11,824 bases of DNA. It comes from Waddliaceae bacterium. Lineage in GTDB: Bacteria; Chlamydiota; Chlamydiia; Chlamydiales; SLFE01. A program made the translations under genes and the position numbers. Where the stretch lies: the NCBI GenBank assembly GCA_963783885.1, contig CAWAPJ010000027.1, positions 1-11,824 of the forward strand, read 5' to 3'. A model generated the notes under the pieces. The model saw only the letters and a program-made list of their open reading frames with translations. It was not told the DNA's origin and searched no databases. This document shows positions 1 to 6,334 of this stretch, one piece after another; within the stretch, counting starts at the first letter, position 1; every line of letters starts with the position of its first letter.

Positions 1-116
1 TAGCCTTCGACTTCTTTAAGCCCATTATTGACAGAATTTAAAGCATTATAGGAAAAATTTAGCATCAGCCACCTCATTTTTTTGTAATGAAAAATGATAA
101 CTCAATAACACATTAT

Positions 117-144
117 TTGACAATATCTCCTAATCCCTTAGGAT
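117..144 (+). promoter_or_regulatory. Candidate sigma70/sigma66 promoter for the APC permease
   Basis: TTGACA at 117-122, 16-nt spacer, TAGGAT at 139-144. The predicted start site falls close to the ATG at 151. Confidence 0.35.
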
Positions 145-150
145 AATCCT

Positions 151-1383
151 ATGGAAGTCTCGTTGAATAATGTGGTGGTCGTCATATCGACTACGCTTCT
201 TATGTTTTTTTTGTTTCACGAAAGAATCCGCAACTCTTCAACCTGGCGCGCCACAGTGACTCCTTTAGCGTCTATAATAGGAAGCGGTTTTTTTGTTTCT
301 GCGCCCCTTCTGTTCTTATCGACGGGATACTACGCTTCTTTGGTTATGCTCGCGATTATCTTAGTAGCCTACGCATTAGGGTGGGGTATGAGGTTTAACA
401 TTCAGTATTTAGACCCCTACCTGAAAACACTCAAGAAATCTTACCTGGTCAATAAACTGCGGTTTGTCTCGCTCCCCATTTTAGGTATTGCTTATTTGAT
501 TTCCGTGGCTTTTTACTTAAAACTGCTCTCGGCATTTGTGCTGCAAGGCGCAGGCATACATAATGTCTATTATGAAAATTGCCTCACAACGGGCATTTTG
601 CTTTTTATTGGCATTCTTGGCTTTTTCCACGGCTTAGCAGCGCTTGAATTTTTCGCAACCTATTCCGTCAACATCAAAGTTTCCATCATCCTTTCATTAA
701 TCATTACTCAATTCTTTTATAATTTTGAGTTGATGTTTAATAATGAATGGGCCCTAACAATCCACCCGGAAAGCGACATATGGACATCATTTAGAAAAGT
801 GTTAGGAATGTTCATTATCATTCAAGGATTTGAAACATCTCAATTTTTAGGATATGCCTATCATGCCAAAGTCCGGATTCAAACGATGCGTTATGCGCAG
901 TGGATTTCAGGGATTATCTACCTTTTATATATCATTTCAGCCACTGTGGTTTTTAATACCATGCACAATATAACCGAAACATCAATTATAGATGCCTCGA
1001 AAGTCATTGCCTCCGTTCTGCCCATATTTTTGATTATTGCCGCAACGATGAGTCAATTCAGCGCTTCTGTCGCCGATACGATCGGCAGCGGAGGGCTGCT
1101 TGTGCAATCGCTCAAAGGAAAAGTCACAATCAATCAATGTTATGTAATTATCATGATAGGCTCTACCATTTTGACTTGGACAACTAATATTTTTGAAATC
1201 ATTACTATCGCCTCAAAAGCATTTGCAGTTTACTATGCCGTTGAACTTATTTTGGGCATGATTCTGATTGCCAAACAGAAAAAACACGAAAAATATAGAC
1301 TGCCCAAAATTGCGGTGTACAGCCTCTTATTTGTATTAATGGTTCTGGTTGTCTCTCTCGGAATTCCAGCGGAATCTCAATAG
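151..1383 (+). CDS. APC-superfamily (amino acid-polyamine-organocation) permease-like membrane protein
   Basis: 410-aa ORF with many hydrophobic segments. TM1-like '[10 protein letters not shown]' (GSG motif) and TM6-like 'IQGFETS' are typical of APC/LeuT-fold transporters. Substrate cannot be determined. Confidence 0.7.
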   Translation: MEVSLNNVVVVISTTLLMFFLFHERIRNSSTWRATVTPLASIIGSGFFVSAPLLFLSTGYYASLVMLAIILVAYALGWGMRFNIQYLDPYLKTLKKSYLVNKLRFVSLPILGIAYLISVAFYLKLLSAFVLQGAGIHNVYYENCLTTGILLFIGILGFFHGLAALEFFATYSVNIKVSIILSLIITQFFYNFELMFNNEWALTIHPESDIWTSFRKVLGMFIIIQGFETSQFLGYAYHAKVRIQTMRYAQWISGIIYLLYIISATVVFNTMHNITETSIIDASKVIASVLPIFLIIAATMSQFSASVADTIGSGGLLVQSLKGKVTINQCYVIIMIGSTILTWTTNIFEIITIASKAFAVYYAVELILGMILIAKQKKHEKYRLPKIAVYSLLFVLMVLVVSLGIPAESQ

Positions 1384-1574
1384 AATTATAGCCTTGGAAG
1401 AGTGATTCCCAGCTGCCCCTGGTATTTCCCTTTTTTGTCGGCATAGGAGCGCCTGCAGGCCCTGTCCCCTTAAAAAAAACTTGGGCAAGTCCTTCCCCTG
1501 TATAGATTTTGGCGGGAAGAGGTGTTGTATTGGATATCTCTAAAACCGCTCCAGAATTTCCTTAATATTTTTTT

Positions 1575-3485
1575 TCAGACTAAAGGCCAAATCAGTGGAA
1601 TCAAAAACATCCCGATAAGGATGATAATGAAATTTATGATCACACCGTTTTTGATAAAATCGGTCATACGATAGCCCCCCGGCCCATAGATGATCATATG
1701 CGTTTGGTATCCCGTAGGGAGCATAAACGCGCAGGAGCTTCCGACAGCAACCATCACACCGACTGCCTTAAGCGACTCCAAACTTGTATATCCGGCAAGC
1801 TGAGCCATGCTCAGGGCAATCGGAAAGAGTAAAAGCGCCGCAGTGTTATTGGAAAGGATTTGGCTAAACATGGAAACCACAAAAATAATCCCGCCTGTCA
1901 GTATGTAGGGATTTGTACCAAAGATTTTTAGGAGGACATGGGCAAAATAAGCTGCCACCCCGGTCACCTGAACAGCCTTGGCAACGGCAAAAGAACTGGC
2001 AATCAAAAGAAGGACGCTCCAAATGATGCTTTTCTGCGCCTCTCTGAACGTGATGCTTCTTGTGAAAATATACAAAAGCGAAGCTGCCATAACGGCAATC
2101 AGGATAGGGACTCCCATACCTGCAAGGACGACCATGCCGACGGCAATCAAAAATACAAGAGCGGCACGCCGGAAATCAAAAATCGTTAGTTTTTCCTCCT
2201 TGCGGATATAATAAAAATCACGAACATATTTACTGCCCTCCCACTCGTCAGTTGCCAGGAGAACAAGAGTATCGCCAGCATCTAGAATAATGTCTCCGAC
2301 ATTGCCCTTCAGACGCTTTCCTTCGCGATACACCGCAAGCACCGACGCTCCGTATACATTCCGGAAGTTGACTTTGCGCAGCGTTTTGCCGACTAAAAAT
2401 GAACTCTCTGTCAATACGACCTCCGAAAAATGGGAGGAACCGACATCAAGCTGGAAATGGGGATCGGCCGCAGACACAAGCCCTTTAATAGTGTGAAGCT
2501 CGGCAATTTGATTGATATCGCCCGCAAAAACCAAACGGTCCCCTTCAAGAATGTATTCAGATGGAGTTGGCGAAGTGATTTTTCGCTTGTTCCTTTCGAT
2601 TTCTACAAGCAGTTCCCCGTGAAAATACCTCCCCGCTGCATCGATAATCCTCTTGCCGATCAAAAGACAATTTTCGGAAACGATAAACTCTCCGGTAAAC
2701 TCTCTGGTTTCTTCGGAGACAGCTGTAGCGACATCAATACGGACAGGAAGAAGATATTTCCCTAAAATGATCACCAGAAAAATAGTGACAAAAGCGATGG
2801 GCAAACCGATTTTGGCAAGCTCGAAAAAGGTAAACCCCGCCTCAGGATTCTGTTCTCTTAAAAGACCGTCGACAATCAGGTTTGTCGAAGTGCCAATCAA
2901 AGTGCAAAGCCCTCCGACGATCGAAGCATAAGAAAGAGGAATTAAAAATTTAGAAGGCGACAGCTTCTTCTTTAATGCCCACATTCTTAAAACCGGCGTC
3001 ATCATCAAAACGATCACTGTATTGTTCATAAAAGCTGAAAGAGCGGCTACCGGAAACAAAATCATGGCCATCTGCTTGAAGTATTGATTGGTTTTGGGAA
3101 GGATATAGTGTTGAAAAATATTGAGTAGTCCATTGACCTCCCACGTTCTCACAATAACGCAAAGAAGGGCTATCGTCACAATCACATCGTTGGAAAAGCC
3201 GACGAGAAGCTGCGTGGGACTGATTGCTCCTCCGATTGTCAAAATTCCAGCAGCCACAACCATTACGATGTCGGGCGGCCTCACCTCCCTGACAAGGGCC
3301 ACGAGAAGCAATATCAGCACGATAATCGTAAACCACCCCTTCAAAGTCAGCTCCGTCACGATTTCAGGGGGTTTCATGCCCGGTCCGGGCTCGGTCAGTA
3401 AAGAACCCGGCCACAAATGACAGAAAAAACCTGTCAAAACGCATAAAAAAAAGACAAAAAAGCGTGGGTTAAATTGGCGCAGCAT
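1575..3485 (-). CDS. SLC13/DASS-family permease (putative Na+/sulfate or di-/tricarboxylate transporter) with two TrkA-C (RCK_C) domains
   Basis: 636 aa with repeated 'SAFMNNT' and 'SQILSNNT' motifs, 'GGLCTLIGTSTN', and C-terminal 'PTGYQTHMIIYGPGGY'. The central soluble region has two TrkA-C-like repeats ('LLIGKRI...LEGDRLV', 'FLVGKTL...LDAGDTLV'). Confidence 0.9.
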   Translation of the reverse strand: MLRQFNPRFFVFFLCVLTGFFCHLWPGSLLTEPGPGMKPPEIVTELTLKGWFTIIVLILLLVALVREVRPPDIVMVVAAGILTIGGAISPTQLLVGFSNDVIVTIALLCVIVRTWEVNGLLNIFQHYILPKTNQYFKQMAMILFPVAALSAFMNNTVIVLMMTPVLRMWALKKKLSPSKFLIPLSYASIVGGLCTLIGTSTNLIVDGLLREQNPEAGFTFFELAKIGLPIAFVTIFLVIILGKYLLPVRIDVATAVSEETREFTGEFIVSENCLLIGKRIIDAAGRYFHGELLVEIERNKRKITSPTPSEYILEGDRLVFAGDINQIAELHTIKGLVSAADPHFQLDVGSSHFSEVVLTESSFLVGKTLRKVNFRNVYGASVLAVYREGKRLKGNVGDIILDAGDTLVLLATDEWEGSKYVRDFYYIRKEEKLTIFDFRRAALVFLIAVGMVVLAGMGVPILIAVMAASLLYIFTRSITFREAQKSIIWSVLLLIASSFAVAKAVQVTGVAAYFAHVLLKIFGTNPYILTGGIIFVVSMFSQILSNNTAALLLFPIALSMAQLAGYTSLESLKAVGVMVAVGSSCAFMLPTGYQTHMIIYGPGGYRMTDFIKNGVIINFIIILIGMFLIPLIWPLV

Positions 3486-3531
3486 GACATAGTGGAATGT
3501 AAATGATCATAGAATTCAGAAAAAGAAAAAT

Positions 3532-4092
3532 ATGGATTCCATTACTCTTCGAACATCTATCAAAGGGGATCTAAAACGATTCCTTATCCTGCGAGGAAGC
3601 CTGCTCGCGCTCATCGGAATCGCCCTTCTCGTATACTCGGGGGCTTTCATCTCGCTCCAAACCCTCGCCAACTGGGGTATCGCCATATGGTTTATCAGCT
3701 TTATCTTAATTGCGTTAGGGCTAATCCCTTATCGCCGAATCACCCGGCTGGAAGAAAATCCGAACACCCTGACCATCACAGACGACGGCAACCTTCATTA
3801 CCTGCGCCATGGTCATGATGTGTTGACATTTCCCTTAAAATCCATCTCAAAAGTCTCCTATGTCGAAGAAAAAGGACTCTACGGCATTGCCGTCGACCTC
3901 GACCCGAAAGAAAAGCCGAATATCCCCAATCCTCCCATTTCGGTCGTCATGCAGATGTTTCTCATACCGATGAAAAGAAGGCACAAATTCGATCGTTTTT
4001 TTCCCTACTTTTCCAAACGCTCGGCCTATGAACTCAATGAGCTGATCTCCGAAGAAAAATTTAAAACCAGTTCCCTCGCTCCAGATCTCTAA
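3532..4092 (+). CDS. Hypothetical membrane protein (two N-terminal TM helices plus a soluble domain)
   Basis: 186-aa ORF with an ATG start and two hydrophobic helices at about aa 18-66. It is divergent from the SLC13 gene and fills the gap between neighbouring genes. Confidence 0.75.
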   Translation: MDSITLRTSIKGDLKRFLILRGSLLALIGIALLVYSGAFISLQTLANWGIAIWFISFILIALGLIPYRRITRLEENPNTLTITDDGNLHYLRHGHDVLTFPLKSISKVSYVEEKGLYGIAVDLDPKEKPNIPNPPISVVMQMFLIPMKRRHKFDRFFPYFSKRSAYELNELISEEKFKTSSLAPDL

Positions 4093-4097
4093 ATTAT

Positions 4098-4120
4098 TCT
4101 TCAGTCAACTGAAGACTTTA
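4098..4120 (+). terminator. Possible weak intrinsic terminator
   Basis: TCTTCAG-TCAA-CTGAAGA hairpin just after the stop at 4092, followed by CTTTA and AT-rich DNA. The U-tract is poor. Confidence 0.3.
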
Positions 4121-4160
4121 ATAAAATAATTTATTATACCAAGAAATTTTCCTATAAAAC

Positions 4161-4189
4161 TTGTATTTAAATACTAACTTTATTATAAA
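4161..4189 (+). promoter_or_regulatory. Candidate sigma70-type promoter of the HAD gene
   Basis: TTGTAT-17 nt-TATAAA, with an AAGGA RBS at 4214-4218. The region is very AT-rich, so a chance match is possible. Confidence 0.35.
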
Positions 4190-4227
4190 TGTAGAAGTCT
4201 ATATTTTTTAAATAAGGAAATGTTTAG

Positions 4228-4977
4228 ATGAACTCTATATCAACAACCTCACCTAAAACAGCTGTGACTTATGTTTCAAAGGGAGTTGAACAACCTGATC
4301 ATCAACACTGTCCGCTATGTGTAGATTCTATGGTTCACCCAAAAAAAGACGATCGGAAACCAGCGATTATTTTTTTGGATATGGATGGAGTCATGATTAA
4401 AAACAGGCATTCATCTCCATTGCGTGACGAAATTGTGTTGACTCTTTCTAAACTGTTTCCGGACGTTAAACGTTATAACGACTACCAGTGGACGATTGCT
4501 AAGGGAAGACATCTTCATCCAACGGCATTAGAAAACCTGCATAAGCTAATCAAACGAATCAAAAAATCAGGTCATCGAGCACTTGTGGTCTTAAGTTCAG
4601 CATGGCGTAATGATGCAACTCTGCAACAACTTAAAGAAGAAGCATTTACGAATCATGTATTTTGCAAATATCTTTGTGGTAAGGCAGCACCAAAAAGATC
4701 GGATACAAGGTGGACACCTGAATGTAAACAAGGGTTTAAATTTACAAAAGGTGCAAAGGAAGCTTTTAGACTAAATCTTGAAAGTCGCTCCGATGTCATC
4801 GAGTTTTGGCTGCGAGATCATGGCTTTGATCCAAATTCTACAAATTTTATCGTCATTGATGATTGTGTCGGAAAAAAAAGAGAAAGATTTGGGAAACGTT
4901 TTATTGAAACAGACAATTTATTTAAGGATTGCCATTTGGAAGAAGCTTCAAAAGTATTAAAAGTATTAAAAGTTTAA
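4228..4977 (+). CDS. HAD-superfamily phosphatase, HAD_SAK_2-like (Swiss Army Knife RNA-repair-type HAD domain)
   Basis: Motif I 'IIFLDMDGVM', motif II 'VVLSSAWR', then 'R..VIEFWL' and motif IV 'FIVIDD'. This order and spacing resemble HAD_SAK_2 proteins. Confidence 0.75.
   Translation: MNSISTTSPKTAVTYVSKGVEQPDHQHCPLCVDSMVHPKKDDRKPAIIFLDMDGVMIKNRHSSPLRDEIVLTLSKLFPDVKRYNDYQWTIAKGRHLHPTALENLHKLIKRIKKSGHRALVVLSSAWRNDATLQQLKEEAFTNHVFCKYLCGKAAPKRSDTRWTPECKQGFKFTKGAKEAFRLNLESRSDVIEFWLRDHGFDPNSTNFIVIDDCVGKKRERFGKRFIETDNLFKDCHLEEASKVLKVLKV
4951..4977 (+). repeat. Short 9-bp tandem repeat at the end of the HAD gene
   Basis: AAAGTATTA x2 followed by AAAGTTTAA, encoding KVLKVLKV-stop. Confidence 0.6.
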
Positions 4978-5044
4978 AGAAATATTCGATCGTTTCTTCC
5001 CTTTTTCTTTTAACGCTCAGCCTATCTGATCTTTGAAGAATAGT

Positions 5045-6199
5045 TTAAAACCAGCCACCACGTTCAAGATGAGAACTCAAAGCTCTAGCCCAAATCTTAT
5101 CTTTGATTTGATAATCTTTTTTTCCTGGATATACGACATCAAGGGAATTTAATTGCAGTGTATCGACAGCAACTTGCATGGATTTTGTTAAACTGGGGGC
5201 ATCGGTATATTTAAACTCAAATCCCAAGCGCTTTCCTCCCTTCACCAGCAAAAGATCAAGTTCGGCTTGGTCGTGTATCCCCCAAAAAAAACATTCTTGC
5301 ATTGCAGCCTGATGAGAACGGATAACTTCTTCCAAAGCAAACCCCTCCCATGAAGCCCCAAGTTTTGGATGGTGCAACAAAGATTTTTTATCCGATATCC
5401 CCATCAAAGTATGAAAAATCCCGCTGTCCCGAAAATAGATTTTCGGAGTCTTCACTTGTCTTTTTTTAATATTTTCATACCACGGCAATAGCTGCCGCAC
5501 CATAAATGTGCCTGTTAAAATATCCAAGTAATGACGCACTGTTGTATCGGCTAAACCCAGGGACTTGCCTATTTCAGAAGCGTTGAATGTTTGTCCATGA
5601 TAATGCGTGAGCATCATCCAAAATCTTCTGAGCGCCTGCGGAGCAATCCGTATGCCTAAACTCGGGATATCTTTTTCTAAAAATGTTGTGACATATTGTT
5701 CCCTCCAATACATACTATCTTCAATAGTATCCGCCAGGTAGGAATTAGGAAACCCTCCCCTTAACCACAATTTTGAAGGACTTTCAACTTCAAAAAGAGA
5801 AAATGGGGTCAGCTCAATATAAGCAATTCTTCCTGCAAGGGTCTCGGAGGTCTGCCTTATCAGATCGCGGGATGCACTTCCCAAAACCAAAAACCGTCGG
5901 CCAGGTCTCTTTTGATCAACAAGCACCCTTAATATAGGAAATAGATCAGGCATCCTTTGTATCTCATCTAAAACAATCAGTCCATCTAAGGATTCCAGAG
6001 CAGTTTTGGGATTTTCCAAAATTCCTAAATCAACAGGATTTTCAAGGTCAAAAAAATGTACCGACCCATTAAGCTTCTCCTGTTTGATAAACAAGTGGGC
6101 CAAGGTCGTTTTACCGCACTGTCTGGGCCCTAAAATTGCCACAACTGAATGGGATCTAAATGCTCTCTCTATCTGCTTGATGAAAAATGGTCTTTTCAT
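5045..6199 (-). CDS. AAA_14 ATPase + DUF4143 protein (P-loop ATPase, winged HTH, C-terminal PD-(D/E)xK-like nuclease)
   Basis: Walker A 'GPRQCGKTT', Walker B 'IVLDE', 'ETLAGR' and 'GGFP'. HTH-like 'NASEIGKSLGLADTTVRHYLDIL', DUF4143-type 'PKIYFRDSG', and nuclease-like 'E...ELDLL...FEFK'. Confidence 0.9.
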   Translation of the reverse strand: MKRPFFIKQIERAFRSHSVVAILGPRQCGKTTLAHLFIKQEKLNGSVHFFDLENPVDLGILENPKTALESLDGLIVLDEIQRMPDLFPILRVLVDQKRPGRRFLVLGSASRDLIRQTSETLAGRIAYIELTPFSLFEVESPSKLWLRGGFPNSYLADTIEDSMYWREQYVTTFLEKDIPSLGIRIAPQALRRFWMMLTHYHGQTFNASEIGKSLGLADTTVRHYLDILTGTFMVRQLLPWYENIKKRQVKTPKIYFRDSGIFHTLMGISDKKSLLHHPKLGASWEGFALEEVIRSHQAAMQECFFWGIHDQAELDLLLVKGGKRLGFEFKYTDAPSLTKSMQVAVDTLQLNSLDVVYPGKKDYQIKDKIWARALSSHLERGGWF

Positions 6200-6232
6200 G
6201 AAAATTCGGTTCCTGTCACTGAATTTTCATGA
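6193..6232. repeat. Second, degenerate copy of the palindrome core, overlapping the ATPase start codon
   Basis: 6193-6232 matches 6251-6290 at 36/40 positions (direct repeat, 58-bp offset). It is itself an inverted repeat: arms 6196-6210 and 6218-6232, 15 bp with 1 mismatch, 7-nt spacer. Confidence 0.93.
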
Positions 6233-6257
6233 TAACTCAAAACCCGATTATTTTCAT
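6229..6257 (-). promoter_or_regulatory. Candidate promoter of the AAA/DUF4143 gene, embedded in the repeat array
   Basis: Minus strand ATGAAA (6257-6252), 17 nt, TATCAT (6234-6229): 4/6 and 5/6 matches to sigma70 consensus. AGGA lies 11 nt upstream of the ATG. Confidence 0.4.
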
Positions 6258-6309
6258 GAAAATTCGGTCTCTGCCACCGAATTTTCATGAAAATAATCGG
6301 GTTTTGAGT
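6235..6309. repeat. Perfect 34-bp inverted repeat with 7-nt spacer
   Basis: ACTCAAAACCCGATTATTTTCATGAAAATTCGGT (6235-6268), spacer CTCTGCC, then the exact reverse complement (6276-6309). Checked base by base. Confidence 0.97.
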
Positions 6310-6334
6310 GTCAAATCTTTGTTTTTGTGTGGCT

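Noticed and set aside
3-41. Possible 3' end of an upstream gene (AFDFFKPIIDRI-stop)
   Set aside because: Too short to support at the window edge.
1247-1574. Minus-strand 65-aa ORF, or an ncRNA/terminator in the convergent gap between the two transporters
   Set aside because: The ORF overlaps the permease 3' end. Only short imperfect stems (e.g. GCCTGCAGGC, CTTCCC/GGGAAG) were seen, and no RNA family was recognisable.
1938-3420. Short ORFs overlapping the SLC13 gene
   Set aside because: These are shadow or alternative-frame ORFs inside a well-supported gene.
6250-6294. ATTTTCATGAAAAT boxes as parS sites, given the adjacent smc
   Set aside because: The parS consensus TGTTTCACGTGAAACA has a central CG that is absent here, so the half-site spacing differs by 2 bp. 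The resemblance is only superficial.
6193-6309. Mini CRISPR array or simple intrinsic terminator of smc
   Set aside because: There are only two repeat units, the 18-bp intervening sequence is mostly part of the large IR arm, and no cas genes are present. The stem is AT-rich and very long, with no U-tract after it on the smc (minus) strand.
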